A DNA stretch of 59,295 bases, the filler included, from Sphacelaria rigidula (Eukaryota): assembly GCA_964200075.2 (NCBI GenBank). It is 7 parts of 7 records of this genome, joined end to end, with 100 filler letters (N's around TTAATTAATTAA, not from the genome) between each part and the next. Parts side by side here need not be neighbours in the genome. Positions count along the whole stretch, not along the records: positions 33,943 to 42,327 come from CAXNAA020011313.1; positions 42,428 to 50,811 come from CAXNAA020011314.1; 5 more parts are not named here. One strand, 5' to 3'. Below the pieces are notes generated by a model. That model was given only the letters and a program-made list of their open reading frames with translations. It made no database searches and was not told the DNA's origin. How positions within the stretch are numbered: position 1 is the first letter of the stretch; every line of letters starts with the position of its first letter. Positions 36,500-50,560 of the stretch are shown here, in pieces. Position numbers and translations under genes: made by a program.

Positions 36500-39240
36500 C
36501 CCTCTAGTCTCGGCATGTGTTAGGCCTCAAAGCGTGACCGTCTCCAGTGGACGCCGCGGATGATGAATTATAATCGATGTAGAGTGCCTCTATAATCTTG
36601 AGCAATAACAACACTGAAAGGAACCACTGAAACCCTCTCGCGATAAAAAAATAAGGCAAGCACTGCAGAAGGAAGGTGGAGCACTGAAACAAAATATATA
36701 ATGAAAAGCTCCTGTGTTGGCCTTCCTCGTGTGTGACCCCGGCTCATGCGCCCACATATACCGAAAGGTGTAGACTGGCGTCTAGAATAGATGTAATGAA
36801 AACGCAACACACACAGGACACCTACAGAACATCCATTTCGCAGCTTAGTCGTATTGTCCACTGGACAACGAGGACTGAACCCTTGGACCTTCAGCCCCCC
36901 CCCAGATCGCTCAATCACCCATGGCCAAATATGTTGGAATCTGATATTTTTCAAGCGGCGCAACAAGCCTGTTTATCCGAACGCGTGGGTGTTGAGCGTG
37001 TTAGAATGAGTGCCTGAGGACCGTCGTTTTTCCTGCCCTACCCACGTGGGTGTACGTGTTACCATGCTGAGTGGGCGTGCATGCTTTCATGCGCAATTTG
37101 CACGCTGGCTACCACTACAACTGCGATGTACTCGAGCAGAATATTCTCCGCCTTGCGTTGGCAGTCTTTGAGTCTTGGTACGTCCAAGGCGTTATTGGAG
37201 CACCTCCTGCATGTTGTATTGTTACGCTGCACTCTGTGGTACTGCGTTGCTGCTGTACCGTGCAGATGATTCTCTTCATTAGCGGCTATATAAAGCACAA
37301 ACACTACAGTGAGTAGTACAGCGCCCTTCCTCTCCACTGCACACAGTACAGAAAAAGTGATTCCATCTCTGCTCAACGTCGTACGACAACAGTGCGCAAC
37401 TCCGCACCATACAGGAGGGGATAGATAGGATAGACAGATGGCAAACACGACAAAGAAAGAAATTACCCCCTTTTCGAAATGTATGTGTGTATGGTTGATG
37501 GTCAACTGGGAACATACAGCTTCACCTCCAGGTGGGCGATGCTGGGCGACTTGTACGGGAACTTAGAGGGTCATTCCACCAATCATAACTATGAAAGTGG
37601 TAAACCCACACCTCTTGCAGACCTTTTTGCCTGCCCTAGAACTGTCCTGGAGAGACGCATGGTTCATCTTGGCAGCATTCGCTGATGATCGGAGAACCTA
37701 TACGCCTCCACGTCGAGAAATTTGAAGTATGGACTGTCAGACGGTGGAACTAATCCGAAACGAGCAAAGGCGGTTCTTCTTGCTTTGTGCGTATTCTTTG
37801 CGCCCTGCCTGGCCCCTCTTATGCTGTTAAATTTGCTGTACCCTGTCTGCACTGTTGTTGAACTGTAAGCAGAGATAAAAACAGCGTGCAGTAGACTGTA
37901 TGCAGTGGAGAGCGATGAAACGCTGACGGTTTTATAGCGCTGCATTTAGTATGTAGTCGCTCACGAAGAACATTTGCAAGTGGCTGAAAACCGATCAGAG
38001 GTTCTTGAGTACTAATTTCCGTACGGGTGCTCATCATCCACATGTTCATGTGAAAATGCGCTTTAAGAGAAAACTATGCTGAACCCCAAATGGGCCATAG
38101 GTGTTCTGAGGTGATCTCGGGAGAGTTCACAGCGTAGGGGTTGAACAAATTTAGTCACAGTCCCTAGTGTGGCTTGTGTACAGGGAAAAGTCGAGTGAAT
38201 GATGCAGACGTACTTGTTGTGCAAAGTGAAGTTCGACAACGACAGACCATGCCGAATGCGAAAGCAGTTGACACAAGATGAGTCGAAAGCGGTATATGTA
38301 AAACTGTGTACAGTGTGCATGGTATATTTCAATTTGTAGAAACAGATTCCAGAAAACCATTCAAGGCTGAGTGGGGACGTGCACCTATCGCAGGATGAAA
38401 ATACTGATGACATTTGACACACACACATAAACAGAAGAGTAGTACAAGCACAGCCGTTCCCACTAAAGCACCATCAAGCAAACAACAGTACGACACGCGT
38501 GGCAGTGTACCATAGCTACACCCAAGCACGCCGACTAACAGTTTCAAGAAAGAAGACAACGAGAAATGCAACGTGACAGAATCTTGTCGTTCCGTCGGCA
38601 ATTCCCACTACTTGATACCACAACCAAGTGAAAAATGAGTGATGAAACAGCGTGGCGAAGTACCGCCGATACATCAACCATTCCCATCATCACAAAAAAG
38701 TGGAGAGAAACAAGTAGCATGGAACATAATTTTTCACTGCGGCCGCTTCGACGAGGGCGTCTTGTCAGAAAAAGAAACAGCAACACAGTATGGAAGAGCA
38801 CCGTAGTTGCAACCTACCAGCAACATCGTATCGGAGCATAACTATGTGTAATGTTACAGCATATGGCATGGGCAGGAAGCATGTATCGTCGCCAACATGA
38901 TAGCATGGAAGCGAAGCACTGTAACTTCTTTCGCGCAGAGACCGCACTACGATGAACACCTATGCGCAATGGGGAAGCCACCCCCGTGTAGGGGTTGGCA
39001 ACGGCTACCCGTCTTTTTTTCAGTACCGGGTAAAGGACCTGGTGTCGGACCAACAGCTGGGTGTGCATGTTACCTGTGCCTCCACATACCACGGATTTTA
39101 CGTCCCTCCGTTGCGCGCGATCCTTTTTGATGCTACGCAAATGAGGCATTGGGCGTCCTTGTCCCCATCCTTTTCGAAATCCTCAACCTTTGATAAGCTT
39201 TGGGCGCGCATGCACATGGACACCTGCATCTGACAGTTTT
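36500..39240 (-). pseudogene. Possible heavily decayed, intron-containing Plavaka/CMC-like transposase relic
   Basis: Ordered fragments across stops and frameshifts: LICVASK..RNGGT*NPWYV/GTGNMH (~39160-39060), FGLVPPSDSPYFKFLDVEAYRFSDHQ (~37770-37685), GGLKV...WTIRL (~36900-36845). These loosely recall Plavaka motifs; pattern recognition only. Confidence 0.3.
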
Positions 39241-42200
39241 TGAAATGAAGATGATGCCGATTCAACAGATGGACACCTCCGGGGGGTACAGAACATCAAC
39301 ATCTCTCCCGGCGACTGGGTTGCCGGTCTTCGGCAGAGTTGCTGTTTCCCACCAAGCGCCTCGCTTCGTCAAGTTTAACGCCGTCAAACACATCCTTGCG
39401 CTTACGATATGTGCACAAGTTATGGTTCACCGGGATCAAAAGCTACATCTGTACGATTATCTGAATTTTCAAACTTCGGCGTTTGGATGTCACGCTAATG
39501 ATGCGCAAACTGCAACAAAACGCTTTTGTCGTGCTTTCCCAGCTCTCGCAGAAGTGCAAGGGCAATACGAGAGGAATGACACGAATAATGACCTGTTTCT
39601 GCAACCAGGCTCACGAGCACTCGGGTGCAGAAATCCCCGGTTATCGCAAACAGATGTTTTTGCTGGGCTTTCTGGGGGTTGTATCAGTGACCAATTTCAT
39701 ATTTTTTGGGGGGTAAAACAGGCTTGATGAACAGTCTCTTTTTTGTCTCGACAAGACGGGCCCTAACGTTCGGATAACGCCAGCAATGTCTGTCTGTGAG
39801 GTTAACTCACGTCGTGCTATCTGCCTACCTGTCCTCACCGTCTCATTCTACAGTGACGATCTCTCCTACATGACGAAGCACCGGTGCACCGCACTATTTC
39901 GATGGAAACTCCGAAATTGTAAGCACGATATCCAGGCATCAGATCGATTGTTTTCTCATGTCACATGCAGTTGGGATGTTGACTGAAGGCACTACTGTCG
40001 TTGTTGCCTGTTTCCGCTTCCATTACAATACTCAGGTGAAGGGATCGATGGTGTTTAATGACGACTTCCTCGAAGAAGAGTATGCCACCCTTCCTCACTA
40101 CGATGGGACAGAAATGGATCCGGTGAGCAAACGCATGTCAACGACGACTTCAGCTCTTCTCCGTGAGCCTGGCATATTAAACAGGCACTCTCGTAACACT
40201 ATGATGTAGTGCGGCCGCGCTGCTCAGCGTCGGTAGTTGTACCCGTGGCCTAGCTTCCTATTTGCTTCTCAATGGCCGCCTTGGAACCGTATAGACTTAG
40301 CTCTACAACGTCGTATTGTACTGGCAGCTGTGAACCAGCGCTGCCCCAGCCAACCTTACCTTTCTTCCTATTTTTCGCTCATATGTCAGGACCATGAGGA
40401 CGAACAAAGACCAGGCGAACTTGCCGCACGCCCAAGCGATCCATGCCTAGAGTGGCCTGAGGATGGCAGAACAAACCGGGACGCCGTCGTGCGTATGTTG
40501 CAGCTTCTTGGGCCTCCGGGGAATTCAAACAGCGCCGCCACAGTGGGAGTGGAGACCGGTCTGAGTGGGCGGGGAACAAGCGTCGAGGATTTTCCTATTC
40601 TATTAGGGGAAAGATACATGCGGATGTCCACACATGCTACGGCATTTCGAATGCGTGCTCGGCTCTTTCAGGTGTGGGAACGGCGAACGGCGTTACTTGA
40701 GCGCCGAGAAAGATGTTTACGCGGGGACATGCAGCCATTCCATTCCTTCTCCAACAGTGGCGTACTGTGATCTCCTGATATTTGTGCGAGCGTTATCCTG
40801 CAAGGGGCGTGGAGTTGATGACCCTACGCAAAGCTATAACCAAGAGACATACAGTGACGGGGGAGAATAAGGTCCATGATGACAAAAAAAAGCATGCAGG
40901 GAAACAGAAGGAAAATCGCGGAGGAGAATCAACACGTCATGAGCTGTTCCGAACAGGACACACGCTTTGGCTCGTATTAACTGGGTTTTAGTATACGACA
41001 GTGCAGCACTTTTATCGCGTTCTTCTCGTTCCTGTAGCACTTTACAGCCTCCCGTACACATACAAGCGCTAGGGGATCATATGTTGGGTTTTCTTCTGAT
41101 CGCCACAGCGGACCCCCAAAGCCCCCCGAAACAGCAAAATCATCCTTTTTTGGTTCATTTTAGTTTGATGCAGCGTTTGTGGAACGCGATCAGGAAAGCT
41201 GTTGTATATTGCCAAGTTTGGGTGTGTGGCAAGCGTAGGCAAGAAAGCTCAGTCCAATCCTCTGCTTGATCGTTGATTGCGGAGACATCCGTGGTGAAAG
41301 ATTGGCACTTTGGGGTTTGGAACCAGGAGCATGCATTTCCCGCTGCTGCTGTGGTGAGTGGCGGCCACTACTACTGCTGCTGCTCGTATTTTTTGTCTAG
41401 CAATATACACAAGGACGGTGAACATGGCATGGTAGCTCGTGGGCGTGTGCTTTTGGAGTGCTACAGCAACAAACAGCAGAAATACACTAGCGCAACAACA
41501 GGGGCACAACAACAACAGGGTTACAGGTTCTATTCTCTTGCTGCTGTACCCCTCTGTACAGATGTGCAGCAGCATTGTCACAGGCTTGTATGAAAATGAT
41601 CATGTTACTAGCCGCACGGGACCGCCCCGGTCCCGTCCGTCTTTTACGAAGGTCTCGGTATTTTTGCCTTGCCAAGCCCTCGTGAGAATATATCTTCTCT
41701 CGAAATGTCCGTGCCCGCCGGAAACATGCAAGACCACCGCGATCGCGCGTCCGTTCGAACGGTCGCGAAGGCATGTGTCCCCCCGCACAAGTAAAGTACG
41801 AATCCGCTACCCGGGCCCCTAGCATTGGCATTGGCCCGAACAGTCATCTCCTGGGGCGGGTGCGGAGGAACTTGCACAGTAAAATCAGCATCGAATCTCG
41901 TGGACGCCTCGTTACAAAGTGTGCTTCACGTTCGTGAGTTCGGAATATTCTATATATATATATACTAAAGTACATTTTTTATGAGCCAGGTTGTTATTTC
42001 GAGGTGACGCGTGTACTTGTACTGATTGGCTTCTTTAAGCCTCATTCATTTCTGTAGATAGGTGTCGATGCAGACTTTCTCAACAATTAGTGCCCAGAAA
42101 TGGTCCCCATTCCCCCCCAAACAGTGCAGTGTGGGTAGATTTGCCGTATTATACTCTCTGGGAAGGACTGAAGGGTGGCCTCGGCGACGCTCTTTTTCGC

Positions 42201-44559
42201 GCGAAAATACGGACATTTGCGGAACTAGTGGAAGGGAACGGAGGGGGGGGGGGGGGGTTGGCGAGAAAAGGGGGCCCCGGGCCTAAAAATGCACCGGGGA
42301 ATTGCGGCCCTTGCGGGATATAAAAAANNNNNNNNNNNNNNNNNNNNNNNNNNNNNNNNNNNNNNNNNNNNTTAATTAATTAANNNNNNNNNNNNNNNNN
42401 NNNNNNNNNNNNNNNNNNNNNNNNNNNAGAAAATATAACGAACGTTTGATAAACAAGTAAAGCCCACCTTTGCTCGTTTTCCCGGAAATGATTTCCCCAT
42501 TATCCCCCCCCCCCCCCCCACCCCCCCACCCCCCACCCCGCGCGCGAAATTACCAAAAACAATTTGTTGGCAGTTACAACGAGGACAATGAGGACGCCCT
42601 AGACGAGCGATACGGGGGCCCCGGCGCTCGTCCTACAGGCATGTATGAGCCAGCGTCAGGCCTCGGCGAAGCGCTATTGTGCTTTACGGGCCCGGAGTAT
42701 ATGCACATGGTTCTCAGGTGATAAAACCCCCCGGATAACTATATATATATATATATACCTATGTATTGGCGTGGTTGGTTGTGGCGGATGAACCTATGCG
42801 ATGCGACTTTAACGGCGGCTACAAGATATGTGTGTTCAGGGTGAAAATTCGGGAACAGTCGCTAGTGGAGGCACGAGGAAAGGGAACTACGGAGAGGCAA
42901 GGTAAACGGTAAGGGGGAGGGGCAGTGAAGGGGGTGTGCTAATGATCATGCATGCGGTAGTCGCACGAGTAAAACCATTGACCTCGCATCCCTAAAAAGC
43001 TGGGACGGAGCACCCGGTTTTCCCCGGACCAGGCTCGCAATTAATTACCGAGCGTGAAGCGCCGTGATGTGATCGGCGAGTCGCATAAAGGATGAGCTGC
43101 ATCCTGCTAAGAATATTCGGCCCGAAGCGTACTGATCGATTTGCATATGGATGACAGCCTACAATGAGTTACTTCACCGTCTGGTATCGCCACTTGCAAA
43201 GACAACCACGGGTTAGAGCCTGCCTCATGCGTGCCTCACCATTGAAACGCTACGTAGCACGATCATCCCCCTTGCGCGGAGTGCGGGCTCTCCACCCCGC
43301 ACAGTATGAGCCAGATCGACCACGATCATGGTTACCGCGAAAAACAAGCAGGCGTAACCCCCGCCCGGAAAGTTGGTTGCCTATTTACAGCTTACGCAGT
43401 AAGAGGCGTGTTTTACAGGGTCGCTGTCAAGCGACGCCAAGGCTTACAGTGGACATTGATTCAGTGATTTCGATTGATTGATTGCCGCACTTTAACTGAC
43501 CCTCCCCCCCCCCCCAGGGGTCCAGCCGTGGTCTCGTGATGGACGTACCCAAGAAAAACAAAACAGAAACACTCGCTCAAGAAAATATGTAATAAAAAAA
43601 AAAAGTCGAACAGAACGACATAGTGGACTAAGTGAGATGTAACAACAAAGGAACAACAATGAAAAAAAAAGCCAACAAAAGCAAAGCACAGAAATAGATG
43701 GCCGACCGAAAACAAGATAAAACAGGATAATAACAAGGAAGTAAAGGGTAAATGAAATAGAATAAAATAAGATGTTGGAAAAAAAAGAAGGGAAAAGCCC
43801 AAGGGATTCAGGGCAGCAGAGTAGATGCAGATACACACAGACCAGTGGGCACCGCAGAGCCACCGACGGAGGGCATAATCAACAACCGATTTGAGCAGAC
43901 AGGATTCTTCGATTGGCAGCCCTCGACGCAGCAGCCTCTCGCTTGTGACGGCGGTCTGATTCTCGTTTGTCCGCGCGTCGCCACGAGGCGAAAGGAAGGA
44001 GAGGGAAGGGGAGTCAGCAAGATGAGAGGTAGGCTAAGATCCTGTACGGGTGCCGAAATTGAAGGAAGAAATGGAGGAATGCGAAGAAGAAAATAGGAAG
44101 CCCGACGGGTCCCTGCCGCATGGCTGCAGTTAATGACGCCGCACAAGAGCAAAACAATACAAAGCAACCCCGTCGGAGCAGTTTCCGAACTGGACATCGA
44201 CCAACCATATTACGTCGGTAGTAACTCTCAGCCGCGAATTCTGCGAGAGCAGGATATAACAAGTGAAACGGAATAAAAAAAAAAAAGAAACCCTACGAGT
44301 AGAGAGAGATGAGATGGAGAGAAACGAAGGAAGATTGAAGAACGGGAGGAGCAGAAAAGGAGAGTTAGAGCAGAAAATGAGGCACTCGGAGACAAGAAAC
44401 AAAGCAGGATATGCGTGTCCAGCAAGACAGCTAGGCAGCATCGCTGAAATTGCATGCCAAGGACAGAGGTCGACCACCGATAGAATGAGAGGCGGGGGGT
44501 ACGTGCTACCACCCTCTCCGCGTATCCGTGGTCAGAGGCAAAGGGGGCGACTCTCTCGA

Positions 44560-46620
44560 CCAGTTTTGTTTTGAACTCCTTCCGGACTGTTGTTGCTGTT
44601 GTAGAGTCGGTGGTAGGCCCCCCCCCCCCTGTTGACGGTCCTCAGCGCCAAAGCCTCTTGCCTTGTGACGTACATCGAATTGGAGTATATCTTTGTGTCG
44701 TCGCGCCGCCTGATCTCCTCTGCCCCTTCCTCGACTGCCGGGTACCATATACTCACAACTCTTCGCGGCAATGGCCCAATTTTGCGAGTCTTTGCTTCCA
44801 ATGTCGTAAATGAGCCGCTTCATTGGTTCTCCCTTGCGTGAGATCGGCCCCAATGGCACGAAAAGTCTCTTGGAGTCGGTCCCTCTCGGCGTTCTGAATG
44901 ATCCGTCATCTTCCTCAGGTCCTCGTGTGGCCAAACGTCCGAATTTGTTGCGCTTCGGAAGGCGTGTGTTTTCCTGTCGGAAGTGCGCCCCCCCCCCCCC
45001 CCCCCGGCGGACCAACATGCCCGCATCGGGTCATGTTGATCATGGCTTTTTATGAAAGGGTCGTCTGTTCTCGCTGCGATCCTTCCTCCGGAAGTCACCT
45101 GTTCGCAGTAAAAGCTTTTGGTGGGTGCAGGCTTCGAATCCTTCTCGACGAGGCGTCCATGGGGCGTTTCCGTACCGCATAGCTTTCACCACCTTCGGTT
45201 TGACCAGCCAGATTTTCAAAGAGAGAAGAAGAGAGAGACAGAGAGACAGACACCGACACAAACAGACTCAGAGACACGGGAGACACACAGCTCGGTGTTG
45301 AGCGGGTTGGAGAGTTGACAGCTAAGCCCCCGGAAGCGCGCTCACGCGTGACTGACGCGGTGCTTGACTTTTGTGGGAGTATTAGCGTCCGCGGTGACAG
45401 TGCCAACGTAGACAATCACGGCCTTTTGCCGACATGGTTGAGCTACCGCCTCGATGTGCTGTGCGGTCTCATGGGGAGCTGGGGAATAACCACAGACCCA
45501 TGGATTTCGTCTCTTTCTTTCGCTACCGCTCTCCCGAACTCCCTATTGGTCACCCACCGTCACAATCATCATCCTCGCAAGCCCGTCTGGACACCTCAAG
45601 ATTATGTTGGCATCATCCGCGTGCAGCCTTCCCCGTATCGCGCGCCGCACCTTCCCCGGCGATGTCTCTTTCATCGCGTTAACATCTCACAGTTTTGGGG
45701 TGCATCGTCTAGCTCTACCACGTCGGAGACGGTGGCTGGGCCTTCCGCGGAACGCGGTAGGATCACATCGACTGGTTCTGCGCCGAAGGTTTATGGACAG
45801 TCGCGAGGACGAAGCGGATCCTTGCCTCAGTCCCCGGCAAACATTCAACTCGTCTGATAATTCGCCATCGGCCAGCTGTACCCTACCTCGCATGCCATCG
45901 TGGAAGATACGAACGGCATTGACCATCCCCGACGGGGCCCCGAGACGGACAAGCACTTCCTACTGGAGCGTACGGTCTACAGAGTCGCATGCCCTCGGCG
46001 GATCGAGTTGGCACATCATCGGCGGAATATTGCTCGCCCGTCCCAACTCCTGCAGTTAGCGTACTGCAAAGATCATGTCGGTGGGCGATCGTTTGCTCCG
46101 GAATTCGCACGGATCTTCCAGGGAGATCCCTGTTTACTCGAAGAAACGACCGCGCCTGTTGACTACGATTTTGAAAAGACATCTACCATCGTGTACCACG
46201 AGAGAGATGCCCCTGTAGCTACCGCACTCGGTCCTATGCCTCTTGTGCAGCACTTCAATAGCGGCGTCTTTCCACTTGCCTACGGCACCTCGCCAGATGC
46301 TCGAACACTGGCGATGATGCTGTGGGAGTGATACATAATCCACGAAGGCTCTCCGATAACTCCCGAGCTTTGGGAGTTTTAGCATGCAGCGCATTCGGTG
46401 TCATCGGTTTGCCGTTACCCGCAGCTCTCAAGCGTCTCTCCTATCTCGTTCGGGATCGGCAGGTGTTCAGGTGACAGAGCGTTCGGCCGTGGCGCGATGT
46501 TCTCGATGACTGTTCGATCGACAGTCGCCGATGCCTTTCGGACAAGGTAGAGGAATGGCGCTTCCATCTCTCAGATTGGGTCCTCGTGCTGGCTACTTAA
46601 TTTTGATGCCGCGGAATTCC
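44560..46620 (-). mobile_element. Decayed RTE-clade LINE (RT and C-terminal region); T-rich tail and (CAAT)n end continue to ~43470
   Basis: KWKDAAIEVLHK...ECGSYRGISLV (46134-46394), VRIFHDGMRGRVQLADGELSDELNVCRGLRQG (45687-45956), LHADDA catalytic motif near 45615-45630. Related to 11180-14110. Confidence 0.88.
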
Positions 46621-47407
46621 ATCCTTTTCAGATGCCCATATCTCTAGCGCCGCCAGTCCTGATGTTCCCTCTGGCTGCCGGCATGGTGCAGTGCCACCGT
46701 TAGGGATGCGAGTCGCTCACGAAAAATATAGGAAATGTTCCCCAAGAGGTGTCCCGGCTCTTCCTGGTGGACAAATGAAGCTAGTGGGTAAAAAACAGAG
46801 GATCCGTCCGGTCGGTTCCGAGATAACCCCAGAAGACCTTCAGCGCACATCATACACACTGCCCAGGTGCGTTGCTCACGGTCGTACTGTCCGTACACCA
46901 TGATTCGTGTTTCGAGGCAAAATTATGCCGATGTAGATGGCCCACTCTCGGGGTGGCTATACGCAAAGCCGAACTCAAGCGCACAGTACAAGGGCTGTGT
47001 GGTACAGAGCAGTTTTGTCTCATCTCTCCCCCCGCTGCCTCAAGCGGGAGAAACGCGGGACGTGAACGAAGGGGGCGTGGAATCGTTTGATGCACTATTG
47101 TAGACAGTAGCGAGAAAACGATGGCTATACTAGGAGATAGATGGTGGCCACAGACGGCGACATAGGACGCGGATAAGATATGCAAAATGTTCTGTGCACT
47201 GTCATGTGTGGAAGAAACGCACTGAGCACCTAAACGTTGGAGATGTCTCTATGAAGAGTTGGAACGGTGCTCCGTCTCTAAAGGGATGCGTGGTCAATGG
47301 TCAAACGACTAAGGCAAGCAACAAGTGAGTACGCCTCCCCCGCCGTGTTCCTTCCGTTGTCTATGGGTATTACCAACGATGAGATGGTACCACACCTTTG
47401 AAGAGCG

Positions 47408-48367
47408 TCACCTATTTCTGCCGCCAGCTCTGAAAATTGAACCCTTGGACCTCCACGGTGGGTCCTCTGTGTCTTGCATTCATCTCTCGAGTCAAGGTAA
47501 TGCCTATGGACAACAGATGACCCACCCTCAACGTGGGCTGTATGTATATGAACAAAGCCGAACAGTAAAGCGCAGTACAGTCCAATGCATTACAATATCG
47601 GAGTGACAATGTTTCTGTGCCTAAAAGTGTCGAGGTCTGATGCACCCCGACAAATTATGACCAAAGAAGAGCTGCTGCTTGTATACCCAGCCGCTCTGGG
47701 GACCCAAGTTGGAGAGCGTGGTGTGTATTATAGGACACAACATAATGGTGGCTACGTTGTGCTCTTCTGTTTCTTTGCTGTGCAGAGGCTTATCTTTTCC
47801 ACCACATGCGGCCGGTCGTCTGTACACCATCTCTTCGCTGCGACAAAGCTTCAGTTTCGTGTTTGTGTATATTGAATGGGCACGATTTGACTTGAAATAT
47901 GGATGCAAGACCCAGATGACCAACCCATGGGGGTCCGGGGTTTACTTTTAGAGCTGGGGGCAGGATGAGGTCAGCTCTCCAAAAGTTTCTTGTAATCTGG
48001 CCCATGGTGATAGCCGTAGACAATGAGAACAACGGGAAGGAATGCAGCGGGGAAAAGAGAGAAGGCAACACGGTACTGTGCTGTACTGCTACAATATACA
48101 CAAACACGAAACTGAAGCTTTGTCGCAGCGGAGAGATGGTGTACAGACGACCGGCCGCATGTGGTGGAAAAGATAGACTCTGCACAGCAAAGAAACAGAA
48201 GAGCACAACATAGCCACCATGATGTTGTGTCCTATAATACACACCACGCTCTCTAACTTGGGTCCCCAGAGCGGCTGGGTATACAAGCAGCAATTCTTCT
48301 TTGGTCATAATTTGTCGGGGTGCGTCAGACCTCGACACTTTTAGGCACAGAAACACTGTTACTCCGA
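47408..48367. repeat. Interleaved inverted repeats A-B-A'-B'
   Basis: B 47598-47875 versus B' 48092-48367 are near-identical inverted copies. A ~47408-47515 versus A' ~47872-47975 are diverged inverted copies. Confidence 0.85.
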
Positions 48368-49811
48368 CTCATACATCTCCTCCCATATTGCCCTGTTCCT
48401 GTCCCGTCTGCGTGGTTTCATTTTATTGCTCTTTTTGGGCACGGTGGCTTGCTCAGGAGCGTCCATCCGTTGGCCGCCTAAATCACTCCTGTTCCCATCG
48501 GCCACGAGTGCGATTCAAGCGCAGTTTTATTGCATTGTGTGCTCCGAATCCCAATATGTGTCTCGACTCAGTCGCGTTCCGGGATAGTCCCGCGCTCGGC
48601 ACACCAGACGACATTTTTTTGTTTTGTTCTGCAAGTTCGCAGGAAACGCCTCCTTAGAGAACTGAAAGAAGGACTGACTCCAGACATGTGTGTACGATGC
48701 GTCTGAACAGGGAGGGCGGCGCCTGAACGCACGAGCTGCCCATGCTGAGAGTGTATTTACAAATCAAGTGTATCCACGGAGATGAAGTGATCCGAGACAT
48801 GTTGTCTATGGTCGGACCAATGTCGTTGAACAGCCCGGACACTTTTCGGGGGCTAACACCCCCCGATTCGCACCTTAAACTGTAGGTACCGCCATGGTGC
48901 CAGCAAAAACACACAAAAACTCGTTCGCGTGCATGAACTACCACCCGCGGATATTTTTTTCCGAGAGACGGTTGGGGGTGATGTAGACCGTAGGGGTGAC
49001 ATACACGTCATCCTGCGGTATTAATCTCGAAGCAGCAGTGCATCCTTATCCACACAGGGTACAGCTTTGAAGGGTGGCGTTCAAGTAAACTCCCTAGGAA
49101 ACCGCGGATCAGTCCAGCGTACTTTTAACTTCCCACTTTACCTCCCATGGTAGGAAGAGTTTGGGAACTTGAGTGCTTCATCCGCACGGTGAAAAAGGTC
49201 ACGAGTGTTCACCTTAGTGTACCCGAAAGTGATGGTGTATATCAGTGGTACGCAGTATATCCCTCGGGAGTGGAATGCATCGTACATGTCCACGTAGGGT
49301 ACCTGGGCCCCAAAACCTGCTTGGCGGAAGAAAAAATCGGCCCCAAGCGTTTCCCTTAGCTCGTAGAAGAGCGAACATGAGGTAGTTCTATGTTTTAATT
49401 CTTGGTGTGGCTTGCAAATCGCGCGCCTGCTACTACTCTGCACGTGGATGTGTAGGAGTTTCTGGGAGTTTTTACATTTTGGTGTGTAGGGGTTACCGCA
49501 CGTAATGATGATGACGATCTGTACGACGGAATGGATCATCGTCCATGTATCCGATGTACTGAGTTTCAAGTGCGCACTGAACGCAATGCTCTGTCCATCG
49601 CAGAAAATTATCAACACCCACTGATGCTAGTGTATAATGGAGTAGCGATAAAGAGAGAGAGAGAGATGGTGCTGTCTCTCTGTCTTGCGCGTAGTTGGTT
49701 TGGGTGTAGTTGTATGTGAGTACGACACTTACGGAGAAGGGAACATCCGTATACAGTAGATAAATGCTTGGAGTGTATACTGTTTGAAGGATTATGCGCC
49801 AGTATTGCATG

Positions 49812-50293
49812 CTCTGGACAATACAATATGTTTCCAATATATTTTGGTCGATCATGTTGGAATTTTGCGATATATTGCCGGCGTAATATATATTGGTACC
49901 CTTGGACTACTCACGTATTGCGCGCCTAATATATATTGATGTCGTGGGACTGCATACATATTGCCCGCCCAATATATATATTGGTACTGTGGGGTCGAAC
50001 ACATACTGTCCCATCAATATATATTTTGGCAGCGTGGACGACAGCATATTGCATGACCAATATATATTAGGCTCGCATTGATGAGAACACATTAACCAGT
50101 CAATATATATATTGAGTCTGCGTGGGTGCCAATGTATTGGCCGGTCAATATATATTGGATATTATAAGTATGGTGTACGCTTTAAGAAAGATCCAAACGC
50201 GATGGATGCCGGAGCCCGTGCAGATTGGGAAAGCTTCAAAGGGAGCCGCAGAAGTTTGCGTGCATTACTACGGAGAGTAGTCGAATGCGTTTA

Positions 50294-50324
<31 letters not shown>

Positions 50325-50560
50325 CTGGTCAGAAAATATGGTGACAGACTAGACGACCCGATATATATGCCTCCTGATATCTATCTGGCTACCGTTGCGG
50401 GGCCGCTCATCCCCTTCCTAGCATCTAATTCATATATCTTGGCCAAACGTCACGATGACAGAAAACGCGGGTCGGTATGCACCTTTTGGTACCCCTGTGG
50501 TCACCGGGGCTGTGCTGCTTATACCCGGGACAATACAATATATTCCAATATGATACCAAT
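49812..50560 (+). repeat. Second, shorter copy of the array-bearing element (left array joined directly to the 32280-32650 segment)
   Basis: Eight cores at ~43-bp period with spacers homologous and colinear to 30610-30935 (e.g. TGTCGTGGGACTGCA, TCGCATTG.TGAGAACA, GCGTGGGTGCCA), followed by AAGTATGGTGTACGCT...ATGGATGCCGGAGCCCGTGC as at 32285-32340. Confidence 0.9.
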
